Translations under genes and position numbers: made by a program
DNA from: Acidobacteriota bacterium
Lineage (GTDB): Bacteria > Acidobacteriota > CAIWXX01
Reading direction: 5' to 3'
Length of the DNA: 64,000 nt
Assembly (NCBI GenBank): GCA_040755995.1
Contig: JBFMAF010000035.1
Span: 32,001 to 96,000, forward strand
The notes under the pieces: generated by a model
Told to the model about the DNA's origin: nothing
What the model saw: the letters and a program-made list of their open reading frames with translations, nothing else
Database searches by the model: none
Shown here: positions 40,819-49,646 of the stretch, in pieces
Layout: each line of letters opens with the position of its first letter
Position numbering within the stretch: the stretch's first letter is position 1

Positions 40819-41931
40819 TCACCCGATGTTGGCGATATCGCTGATGACGCCTGCGGCGACCTCCTCGATGTGTGCGACTGCTTCCGCCACGGCGGGCGTT
40901 CCCTTGAGCGCGTTGCCGACCAGTTCAAGCCGCGGCACGTTCGCGAAGAGCAGCTTGTGAATCGGCACCGCAGTATTGCGCCAGCCCCACCTGACCTCCG
41001 TACGCAAGAATCTGCCGAAAGCCTTGCACAACTTCACGTAGAGCCTCTGCGCTTCGCGCGGCAGCGCGTTCAGCGCGCTCCCGTCGAGTCGAGGGAGTCG
41101 TTGGAGGAACATCGCGATCGCCGGCTGCGGGTAGACCTCATCGAAGAAGCGCTCGATGGTTTGCGTGACGATACCGCGGAGCTCGCAGAGCTCGCCGTTG
41201 AGGCACAGGTAGAGCAGTTCGATTGCGTGCCGGCACCTCACGAGCTCCAGATGAGCCGCTGCCAGAAAGGCGAGCTGCTGGTCTTCGTGCCAGGCCGCCT
41301 GCAACACGTGGCGTCCGACATCGCAGAGGATCTGATCCACGCGATCCGCCAGCCCCTCTTTGTCACTCCGGGTCAACAGAGCAACGCGGTCGCGCAGCTG
41401 CGAGAGCCGCAGGTGGAAGGTCTCGTGACCGTGACGCATCAGCTTGACGAACCGCTCGTCATGCATCGGATACCCGGGGCTCAGGTAGAGATCCTCGACG
41501 ATCAGGCTGTACTCGAACCAGTAGTCGTGGAGCGTACGACAGATGTAGTACACAGGCATCTGTGTGTCGAGGCTGCGGACCTGGAAATGAACCTCATAGT
41601 ATCCCACCTCGCTGAGCATGGCTCGAAGGGCCAGAGGGTTGGCCAGACTCACATTGTAGGTTCCCCAGCGGACTTTGATTTGCGTCTCTTCCGTCAGATG
41701 AGCTGTGAGGCGCGCGATGTCGCCGAGTCGCCCGCCTTGGACCTCCAGCTTCCGTCTCAGAGCATCGTACAAGCGGAGACGGCAAAGAAGCGGCCGTAGG
41801 GCTTCGCAGATATCATCGGTCGGGAGCCTCCACCAGCTCCCGCCGTCGCCGCCCCTGCCGTGTTGCGTGGTGTGGGTCGCGGTGGCAGTCCCAGAGCTGT
41901 TGACGGTGTGATCCGGGCCCTGTGAGAACAT
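40819..41931 (-). CDS. Hypothetical protein, last gene of the AAA-AAA-vWA operon
   Basis: 370-aa ORF starting 17 bp after the vWA stop, SD AAGGA; no recognised motif. Confidence 0.75.
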   Translation of the reverse strand: MFSQGPDHTVNSSGTATATHTTQHGRGGDGGSWWRLPTDDICEALRPLLCRLRLYDALRRKLEVQGGRLGDIARLTAHLTEETQIKVRWGTYNVSLANPLALRAMLSEVGYYEVHFQVRSLDTQMPVYYICRTLHDYWFEYSLIVEDLYLSPGYPMHDERFVKLMRHGHETFHLRLSQLRDRVALLTRSDKEGLADRVDQILCDVGRHVLQAAWHEDQQLAFLAAAHLELVRCRHAIELLYLCLNGELCELRGIVTQTIERFFDEVYPQPAIAMFLQRLPRLDGSALNALPREAQRLYVKLCKAFGRFLRTEVRWGWRNTAVPIHKLLFANVPRLELVGNALKGTPAVAEAVAHIEEVAAGVISDIANIG

Positions 41932-41947
41932 GTGAAACCGTCCTTGC

Positions 41948-44149
41948 CTAGCGTTTCGAGAGAAGCCTGCGGCGTTCGGTCATGCAGGAGGCCACGTACA
42001 CGCCGACCTGCCTCGCCACCTCAGTGTACTCGGTGAGATTCTTTTCCGGCACCGTCATTACCTTGTTCACGAGGTTCTCAAATTCAGTCTCCACCTCGAC
42101 ACCCAACGCAACGAGCGTGACATGGAGCCTGTTGGTCCAGCGCCGATATGACTCTTCCAGAACGTCTCGCACCTCTTCGGCGCCGCTCTTTCCCGAATTG
42201 AAACTGCGATTCCACTCGCAATCCGAGATCAGGATCAGGTAGACCATCTTGCAGCGGGCTACTCGCCGCGCCTCCTCCAGCATGAACGCCAGAGAGAGTG
42301 CGTCTGACTGGACACCTGTCCCGGTGTAAGGCAGCGAGGCGACGGCGCGCACCGCCTCGGTCCGGCTTATCGCCGGCGTCTTTCGAGGATGGTGAATCCA
42401 CTGGATCAGTGGCCCGGACACGCCCTCGCGGATCTGGTCGCTGTGGTAGAGCCCCGCCAGGACCTGCACTTCGGTCCTGGCGGTCGACCTGAGCCAGGCC
42501 GCCGCGAGGATCTTCACCATTCTCATCTGCCGGGTGTCCAGAGATCCCGAGCCGTCGCACGCCAGCAGCAGCACAGGCCGCCCTCGCCGATCGACCTTCT
42601 CGTGTATTCGATATCGCTTGAACACAACGTTGGAGGCATCCACCATCGCGAGCCTGGCCGGGTCGAGCAGTCCGCTCGAGCAGAAGCGCTCGGTCTCCGG
42701 CGTCTGCTCGATGTTCGGATACAGCGCCCTCTGCATCGCGTCGGTGATGACCTGCGACTCCGCGATGAGCGTCTCCACCTCCTCAGCATCCTCTGACAGC
42801 TCCACAGGCCGGTCGAATATCTCGCCTCCAGCCGGCAGCCCTCCGCACATGAGGTTCACCTCGTGGCCCTCCGACGGGTTGCCCTCGATCGGTCCCGTGC
42901 TGAACGCCGTCTCTCGCAGCACATGCTCGACCAGATCCGATCGCATGTCTTCCCACTTGCTGCTCTGCCCGCCCGCCTGCTGCAGTGCTTTCATGAAGTC
43001 GCTCCAGGTCTTCCCAATCGGACTCTCCAGCTCGTCCTCATCGGGCAGGCCCAAGTACCGCTGGGCCTCCTGAATCTTGCCGAGCAGCGCCTGCACGAGA
43101 TGCAGGCCGGACTGTGCTGACTCAAACAGAGCCGGCGGCTGCGGCCCGTCCAGCGGAGGTATCGCGTCGCTGACCGGGGCCGCATCATAATCCGGCGAAA
43201 ACCGGAACTCACTGTCCGCAGGCCGCTGCCACCGCTGCCGACCGTACCTGGCCCCAAGTCGCCGCATCAGCGCCGAAAGGACTGCCTGATCCGGCGCGGG
43301 CCTCTCGCCCTCCCTCGCTGGCTTCTCCTCGGTGCGAGATTTCGGCAGCGGGAGGTGGCGCGACAGCGCGAGACACACCGCCCTGACCCAGTCCTTCCCC
43401 AGGTCCAGCAATCGGTGCGGACGCGTGCCCGCGAGCTGCTCAAAGAACGGACGGCACACCCGAACCACCGTCCCGGCCAGGGTGGCTGTGATGGGATGGA
43501 GGCTCTGGCGTTCCAGGTCGGGAAGCACATCACCATAGAGGATCACCGCGTTTATGATCTCGCGCACCGAACGAAACTTCATGTTCTGCTGCGAGGCGCT
43601 GAAGAGCCTGTACAGCTCGACCGAGGCCATGCTGGAGGACCGTGAGAGATCCTCGAGCAGGAGGCGTGTCTGCACCGCAGCGGCCACGATCTCGGCCATC
43701 TGCTTGTATATCTCAGGTTCCACGCGCACCCGATCGTGAACAGCGGGGTCTTTCAGGTAGTCCTGCATGTGGGTCAGCAGAATCTTCTCGGCTACGCGCT
43801 CCTGGAAGTCCAGGAACCCCGTCAGACCGACGGCTGCGTATGCGGCCAGCGATGGCGGATAGCTCGTGTAGCAGGGGCTCAGCTGTGGCTTCACCGCCGG
43901 CTGAAAATCGTCATCTGTTGCGACCCCCGCCAGCTGCGCCGCGGCGACTTGAACTCTCTTCACGGCTTGGTAGAACAGCCTCTGGGCCGCCATGCGGATG
44001 TAGTAGTCCACCTCCGGCTTGAAGGCATCGCCGATGGAAATCCCAGCCCAGTCTGTCTTGTGCTTCTTTCGCCGGTAAATGTAGGAGCAGCTCCCAGAGT
44101 AGTGGCCGCTGGACACCGTCTCCGGGTTCATCGGCTTTGCTGGGTTCAT
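41948..44149 (-). CDS. vWA (MIDAS) protein, CobT/NorD-like architecture
   Basis: SGLLDPARL, LLLACDGSGS (DxSxS), TGVQSD, LILISD; low-complexity central linker; SD AGGAG. Confidence 0.8.
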   Translation of the reverse strand: MNPAKPMNPETVSSGHYSGSCSYIYRRKKHKTDWAGISIGDAFKPEVDYYIRMAAQRLFYQAVKRVQVAAAQLAGVATDDDFQPAVKPQLSPCYTSYPPSLAAYAAVGLTGFLDFQERVAEKILLTHMQDYLKDPAVHDRVRVEPEIYKQMAEIVAAAVQTRLLLEDLSRSSSMASVELYRLFSASQQNMKFRSVREIINAVILYGDVLPDLERQSLHPITATLAGTVVRVCRPFFEQLAGTRPHRLLDLGKDWVRAVCLALSRHLPLPKSRTEEKPAREGERPAPDQAVLSALMRRLGARYGRQRWQRPADSEFRFSPDYDAAPVSDAIPPLDGPQPPALFESAQSGLHLVQALLGKIQEAQRYLGLPDEDELESPIGKTWSDFMKALQQAGGQSSKWEDMRSDLVEHVLRETAFSTGPIEGNPSEGHEVNLMCGGLPAGGEIFDRPVELSEDAEEVETLIAESQVITDAMQRALYPNIEQTPETERFCSSGLLDPARLAMVDASNVVFKRYRIHEKVDRRGRPVLLLACDGSGSLDTRQMRMVKILAAAWLRSTARTEVQVLAGLYHSDQIREGVSGPLIQWIHHPRKTPAISRTEAVRAVASLPYTGTGVQSDALSLAFMLEEARRVARCKMVYLILISDCEWNRSFNSGKSGAEEVRDVLEESYRRWTNRLHVTLVALGVEVETEFENLVNKVMTVPEKNLTEYTEVARQVGVYVASCMTERRRLLSKR

Positions 44150-44266
44150 GCCGTCTCTCCTGGCGGCTCAGACCAGCACCCTCCACACGGTAGAGAGTAG
44201 AGAGTGGCAGTGAGGCATTGCTCTAAGACTTGACTCAATCGCAGCATCTTCTTCTCCTCAAGCCCG

Positions 44267-45283
44267 CTAGAAGAGGCTTGCTTCCAGTGAGATCTCGGAG
44301 TCCTCGGCCACGGGGATCCCGAAGGTTTCGTTGAGCACGCCGGGGATAAGCTTGTGGTCCTCGACGCCTGCGTTTCCGAGCAGCGTGGCCATGGCAACCT
44401 GCTGCGGCGACATGTGAGGCATCCACAACGCCATGCGCATGAACGCCAGGTACCCGTAAATGGTCGGCGGGCAGAGCGACTGGAGGTTCCCTTCGGAGCG
44501 CTGCCGCCGCACGACCTGGCCGAGTTTGACGACCTTCATGATGAGGTCGTTCTCAGCCTGCCCGAGCGGTTCCCCGTCGAAGAGGAGGTGCCGGAGGACC
44601 TGCACCTCCTGATCAGCCGTGAGGTATTCCAGTGTCAGGTTGACAGAGAAACGCCGTTTGAGAGCATCGTCGAACGTGACCAGCGTGTGCGTGGAATCCT
44701 GCTCGGCCTGATAGTTGCTGTCAGCCACCCAGGCAATTCCCTGACCCGAGATGCGCCGGCCGTCAGGCAGGATAATGTCGTTCTTGGTCATGAGATTCAG
44801 CAAACCCCCTTGCACGCTCGAGGAATGCACCCGGCCCATCTCGCGCAGCCAGATCAACGGGTAGCACTCGCGCCTGCGGCCCGCAGCATCATCGATCGCC
44901 AGTACCAGCTTGCTGAGCTCGTCATAGGTCGTGCCCCCCTTGAGCGCACGGCGCTGGTAGAGTTCCCCCGGCGCTTCGTAGGTCGCCATCTCGATCGGGT
45001 AGAGCTTCAGGGGGAGCCCTGGCAGGCCGAGCGCCGCGCAAACGGACTGGAAGTTCTCGGGGACGAGATAGAGCGCCTCCAGCAGCGAGCTTTTCGCGCT
45101 TCCTGTGGGCCCGCTCAGGTGGATGAACTCGTGGCGAGCGATCGCGTACACGAGCGTCTCGACCAGCCACTTGATCAGGAACAGGCGATGACCTCCCGGG
45201 ACCGGCTGTAGTTCGATCAGATCCATCGGACCCGCTTTCCGACACTCCGCCTGATTCGTGACTCGAAAGATCTGGTTCGCCAT
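44267..45283 (-). CDS. MoxR/CobS-like AAA+ ATPase with variant Walker B
   Basis: GPTGSAKS, LIWLREMGR, VADSN, FDDALKRRF; SD GGAGG. Confidence 0.82.
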   Translation of the reverse strand: MANQIFRVTNQAECRKAGPMDLIELQPVPGGHRLFLIKWLVETLVYAIARHEFIHLSGPTGSAKSSLLEALYLVPENFQSVCAALGLPGLPLKLYPIEMATYEAPGELYQRRALKGGTTYDELSKLVLAIDDAAGRRRECYPLIWLREMGRVHSSSVQGGLLNLMTKNDIILPDGRRISGQGIAWVADSNYQAEQDSTHTLVTFDDALKRRFSVNLTLEYLTADQEVQVLRHLLFDGEPLGQAENDLIMKVVKLGQVVRRQRSEGNLQSLCPPTIYGYLAFMRMALWMPHMSPQQVAMATLLGNAGVEDHKLIPGVLNETFGIPVAEDSEISLEASLF

Positions 45284-45287
45284 GCCG

Positions 45288-47585
45288 TCACCCTCCTCCG
45301 TTGTGGTCCGTCAGGCCGCGGGCCTCACTGGCTGCGTCTCCTGATGGCGCACGTACTGTATCGATCGCCAGGACGCCGTCCCCGCAGCTGCGGGCGAATA
45401 GCGTCGCCCCCGAGATCGCGGCGCCGGATTGATGAAGCCGGAGCAGCGACTCGGCAGCGAGCGAGCGACCCCGCTCCAGGAGCGCCCTTGCACCAAACGA
45501 GGTCATGTTACTGTGGAGAGACTTCAGGAGGGCCGCGCCCAGGCCCTGCTCGAGAATCACGCGGCACCGGGCCAGATGGAGGCGTTCGGTGGCCGAGAGC
45601 AGCGCCGCCCGTATCGCACGCTCCAGAATCGCCGCCAGGGCGTCCCCGCTCAAAGGCTCGAACAGAATCGGCGTCCCCACGCGACTCAGGAAAGCGCTGG
45701 AGAGCATCCGCTTGATCTCGTTGTTGACTCTCCCCGCGACCGCCTCGGCGGGCACTACGTTCTCGAACCCGATCCCTTTGCGCACCGCCTCGTCCATTCC
45801 GTCCGGAAGGTTCATCGTGAAGGCGAAGATCAGGTTGGCACAGGAGAACATGGCACCGGCGGTGCTCTGCGCTTCGCCTGTCTCCAGCACCTGGAGGAAC
45901 AGATCAGCCAACCCGGCCCGTACGCGCTCGTTGGCGTGATCCAGGTCGCTCACTTCGATGAGCGCTCCGGTGTGGTGCTTCGCCGCTTGTTCGAGGCGAC
46001 CGCTCTGGTATGAGCCGACGATGCCCCGGCCGGAGCCCAGAAGCTGTGCGGCGGCGGAGTAGTAGTCCGGGATGCTCGCCGCGTCGACGTTGACATAGGG
46101 GATGCCGAGTCTCTGGGCGATCAGAACGGCGCTTTCCGACTTGCCCGTGCCTGGCGTGCCCTGCGCACAGTAGCGGATAGGCTGATGGAGCGGCCGCGTG
46201 AGGCACTCCATACGAAGCCGCGCGACAAGCTGCTCGATCGCGGCGTCCTGCGCCAGCAGATGTTCCTGGAGATGGGCGAGCAGACCTGGATCCGCCAGCG
46301 CCCGCACGAAGCACGCCTGTGTGGAGGGAGCGCGTTCCGAGCGCGGCCGACAACTCAATCCGGCGAACGTTTCCGAAAGACCGGCTACCGCGGAGGCGAA
46401 GGTCAAGGTGGGCACCATCAGGGCCGTCTTCTGGTGTGCTGCATTGACGCTTCGCGTGGCCACGATTGGCAGGAGCCTCTTCTGTTCAGGTGGAGCCATG
46501 CCCTCGATGCCTGCCAGCACCTCGCGAGCGACCTGGTCCTCCTGGCTCTTCGAGAGCCCGCCGGCGAGGCGCGCTGCGCTCTGCACCGCGAAGGGCGTCA
46601 GGACGTCCATCGTGGCGTCGGGGACTCGGCGCAGAATCGGGTTCAGGGGGTCGCTGGTTCCCCCTTGCCCGCCGTGGAAGACCGCCTGCAGCTGGTCGAA
46701 GCTGCCGCTGAAGATGGCGCAGGCGCCGAGCGAGGACAGTGTTGCCATCAGCGCCTTGATCTCGCTTCCCAGCTCGTATGGGTTCGACCCTAGGCTGAGG
46801 CAGCTGGCGGGAATGACCAGTTTGCCAGGAACCTTCTTCGAGACCTCCACAACGGCTCGACTGTTGATCGATGTCGAGATGACACGGCCGAGGGAGCTGC
46901 CGGAGTCGCGGGCGGCGCGAGCCAACACCGCCAGCCCGAAGCTCTCGACCACGGGGAACGACGCAGAGATCGCCAGCGACGCGCTGCCGGACAGCAAGTC
47001 CATCGTCTCTCGGGCCCATTCCACGAGATCGGAGCCGAGCGACCCCGCGTCGCCATGCCACGGATAGATGGGCTCCACGGCCTCCGAGAAATCCTTGTAC
47101 AGCTGCACGAGATCGGAATCGGTCCGGACAAGCGGCATCTCCGCCTGCAGCGTTCTGGCCAGCTTGTCCAGCGTTTTCAGCTCGGACATGAAAGCAGTCC
47201 CACGGGACAGGGACATCATGGCCGGCTGGATCTTGAGCTCCAGGCCGAGCGATGCGCGCTCAGTCTTGCGATCCCATGCAGGCGGAATCGGACGCGTCCT
47301 CTCGCCCAGGCCCGAGAGGCAGGCGAAAAACGGCATCACCGGCACCCGGATCTCATGCGGCAATCGGACCAGCTCGACCTTCAACGCAATCAGCAGCTCA
47401 TCTGTGAGCCGACCCGATACGCTGACGATACCGGGACCCTCATCGGCTCTCGTGCCCTGGAAGGCGCGTCCGTCTGCAGCGATGCTGATCTCCACACCGG
47501 TTCCATGACGCACGAAGTCGGCCACCTGGCGCAGCGCAGCCTCGGAGCCGGCCGGATCGAGTGACCTCGCCTCTCTAATTGTCAT
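45288..47585 (-). CDS. ClpA/B D2-like AAA+ ATPase with unknown N-terminal region
   Basis: LLAQDAAI, GTPGTGKSE, LLGSGRGIVG, IEVSDLDHA, FLQVLETG, FTMN, AFLSRV..ILFEPL. Confidence 0.82.
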   Translation of the reverse strand: MTIREARSLDPAGSEAALRQVADFVRHGTGVEISIAADGRAFQGTRADEGPGIVSVSGRLTDELLIALKVELVRLPHEIRVPVMPFFACLSGLGERTRPIPPAWDRKTERASLGLELKIQPAMMSLSRGTAFMSELKTLDKLARTLQAEMPLVRTDSDLVQLYKDFSEAVEPIYPWHGDAGSLGSDLVEWARETMDLLSGSASLAISASFPVVESFGLAVLARAARDSGSSLGRVISTSINSRAVVEVSKKVPGKLVIPASCLSLGSNPYELGSEIKALMATLSSLGACAIFSGSFDQLQAVFHGGQGGTSDPLNPILRRVPDATMDVLTPFAVQSAARLAGGLSKSQEDQVAREVLAGIEGMAPPEQKRLLPIVATRSVNAAHQKTALMVPTLTFASAVAGLSETFAGLSCRPRSERAPSTQACFVRALADPGLLAHLQEHLLAQDAAIEQLVARLRMECLTRPLHQPIRYCAQGTPGTGKSESAVLIAQRLGIPYVNVDAASIPDYYSAAAQLLGSGRGIVGSYQSGRLEQAAKHHTGALIEVSDLDHANERVRAGLADLFLQVLETGEAQSTAGAMFSCANLIFAFTMNLPDGMDEAVRKGIGFENVVPAEAVAGRVNNEIKRMLSSAFLSRVGTPILFEPLSGDALAAILERAIRAALLSATERLHLARCRVILEQGLGAALLKSLHSNMTSFGARALLERGRSLAAESLLRLHQSGAAISGATLFARSCGDGVLAIDTVRAPSGDAASEARGLTDHNGGG

Positions 47586-47624
47586 CTCTCGTTCTCCCGT
47601 GTCGCACGTCCCGCTGGAAACCAA

Positions 47625-47640
47625 TGCAGCTTGGGTGCCA
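47625..47640 (-). promoter_or_regulatory. sigma-54 (-24/-12) promoter of the AAA-AAA-vWA operon
   Basis: Minus strand TGGCACCCAAGCTGCA, GG/GC at consensus spacing, 40 bp upstream of ATG 47585. Confidence 0.7.
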
Positions 47641-47755
47641 GCCGTATGTTAGAGGAAATGCCCGATCTGGTTGAGTACTGCGTTGAGTTTCCCAAAGAGG
47701 GTTTGTTGAGATTATCTGAGTCTGGTACAACGGGGAAGAACTCAACGAACGAGGG

Positions 47756-48279
47756 GTGCCCAGGAGTACTCGCGCACTGAAGTTCACCATCACGGCGGAC
47801 ACCGTTGGAGTTTCTCGGGCCTAGCTGGAAACGGACTCGGTTCAGGCGTTCGCCAGGGTGAAGAGGCAGGAAGGCCCCGTGGCTTACATCGTCCGGAACG
47901 AGGATCTGGCGGTGTTGTCTTCTTTCAAGGACCTGGTCGTCGATCGCGGCAGGAAGCACGAAGCCAGCTCTCTCAAAGCTGCTGCTCGGGTGCTCGAAGA
48001 TCCCACTGGCCACAGGCGGCTTCTCTGCACCGGGGCAGCTGAAGCGCAGCATTCGAACCGTGCTGCGCAATGCGATCAAGACAAACGATCGCAACGCGTA
48101 CTTCGTCGGGGTGGAGCAGGTGATCTTCGAGGAGCTGTGGAGAGAGGCCAGACCCGAGCCGGCCGGAAGAACCGCCGTGGCCCCGCAGGGCTGGCGAGAA
48201 CCCCGGCGGCCGAGGCGGCCTCGACGCCAGAGGACATCACGTTGGCCCGCACTCTCCTGGAACTTCACCATACACCGAC
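47756..48279 (+). pseudogene. Disrupted N-terminal region of the sigma-54 activator
   Basis: Protein-like segments spread over three frames plus an in-frame TAG at 47822; decay or sequencing error. Confidence 0.45.
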
Positions 48280-49446
48280 GTGCCCCCAGAACTGGAGAAG
48301 CGATTCGTCGGCCGGTCGATCGAGGCCCAGCTGGTTCGGCAGCTCATTGTGCGAGCGGCACGGTCGGATGATCCGGTGCTCATCGTCGGGGATACCGGCA
48401 CGGGCAAGGAGGTCGTGGCGCGCGGCATTCATGAGTTTAGCAACCGCCCCGGGTTCACACCTGTCAACTGCGGCGCGATTCCCAGCGAGCTGCTTGAGCC
48501 GCTACTCTTCGGGCACCAGAAGGTGTTTACCGGGGCCGATCGAGAGCGGTTGGGTCTGTGGAAGGATGCGGGTGAAGGGACGCTGTTTCTGGACGAGGTC
48601 GCCGACCTGCGTTTGGAGCATCAGATCAAGATCCTGCGGGCGATCGAGGAGAAGAAGGTCAGACAGTTGGGGAAGAGCCAGGAGGTCGACGTCCCGGCGC
48701 GGGTGATTGTCGCCAGCAACCGTGATCTTTTCTCCCTGGTGCAGGCCGGATCGTTCCGCGAAGATCTCTACTATCGCCTCCGCACCTTCATGATCCGTAC
48801 GCCGTCGCTGCGCGACTGCCCCGAGGACATCCCGCTGATCGCGGATTCGCTTTGGAAGCGAATTGCGGGAGACGATCAGGTGTCACTCCCCGATCCGATT
48901 CTTGCGGAGCTGAGCTCCTATGGCTGGCCCGGGAACGTGAGGGAGCTCAAGGCGCTGCTTTCCAATCTGCGTGCCCTGTTCGGGAATCATCATCTGCGAA
49001 TCGAGCATGTGAGAGCCATGATGGGGCTGGAGGGCACCGGTCGGGCACAGGTGGGCACGGCGCCCGAGGACCAGATCGGCCTCCACCGCGTCCAGCGCCT
49101 CCGTCACCTGAAGCGGGTGGACGAGGTGGTACGCGCGAGCAAGGTGGCGCTGCGGCCTCTGGTCGAGCAGAAGCGACAGGATCCTGAGAGCATTGCATCG
49201 GTTCGAACCGCCTTGCATCGCCGCCTGGACGAGCTCGAGGTCCCTTGCCTGCATCCACTGCTCTTCAGCAGCGAGGTCGCATTTTCGATCGTGCATCGTC
49301 TCAAAGGCAAGCTGACCTACTACCACAGCCTTCTCCAGACAGGCGCCGTGAACGCCCTTCGCTACTGGAGGCGGGAGGTGTCCGAGGAGTACAAGCTGGC
49401 AATATCCACAGTCTTCCAGGAAGTCAACCGCCTGACCAAGGGGTGA
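48280..49446 (+). CDS. sigma-54 enhancer-binding protein AAA+ core without a Fis-type HTH
   Basis: GDTGTGKE, NCGAI, FGHQKVFTGA (degenerate GAFTGA), TLFLDEV, FREDLYYRL, WPGNVREL; about 130-aa helical C-terminus. Confidence 0.85.
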   Translation: MPPELEKRFVGRSIEAQLVRQLIVRAARSDDPVLIVGDTGTGKEVVARGIHEFSNRPGFTPVNCGAIPSELLEPLLFGHQKVFTGADRERLGLWKDAGEGTLFLDEVADLRLEHQIKILRAIEEKKVRQLGKSQEVDVPARVIVASNRDLFSLVQAGSFREDLYYRLRTFMIRTPSLRDCPEDIPLIADSLWKRIAGDDQVSLPDPILAELSSYGWPGNVRELKALLSNLRALFGNHHLRIEHVRAMMGLEGTGRAQVGTAPEDQIGLHRVQRLRHLKRVDEVVRASKVALRPLVEQKRQDPESIASVRTALHRRLDELEVPCLHPLLFSSEVAFSIVHRLKGKLTYYHSLLQTGAVNALRYWRREVSEEYKLAISTVFQEVNRLTKG

Positions 49447-49645
49447 TCCCGGATGCCCGCGAGCTGGTGCGGCGCTTGAGCGAGGATCTGCAGGGGCGCG
49501 GGCACGCCGTATGCATCGATGAGAGACAGGCGCGGCCGAGGATTCCTGGGAGCAGCAGATTGAACACGCCGTCCTGGAAAGCCCGGCGTTCGTTGCCTTG
49601 CTGATCGCGCACTCGGTGTGCCGGCCAGACCGCCTTTGCCTCGAC
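49443..49645 (+). pseudogene. TIR (TIR_2-like) domain remnant
   Basis: ELVRRLSEDLQGRGHAVCIDERQ / frameshift near 49536 / EDSWEQQIEHAVLESPAFVALLIAHSVCRPDRLCLD, truncated at the convergent ankyrin gene. Confidence 0.7.
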
Positions 49646-49646
49646 T

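Noticed and set aside
47822..47824. In-frame TAG upstream of the activator as pyrrolysine or readthrough
   Set aside because: It is accompanied by several frameshifts and there is no pyl context; decay or sequencing error is simpler
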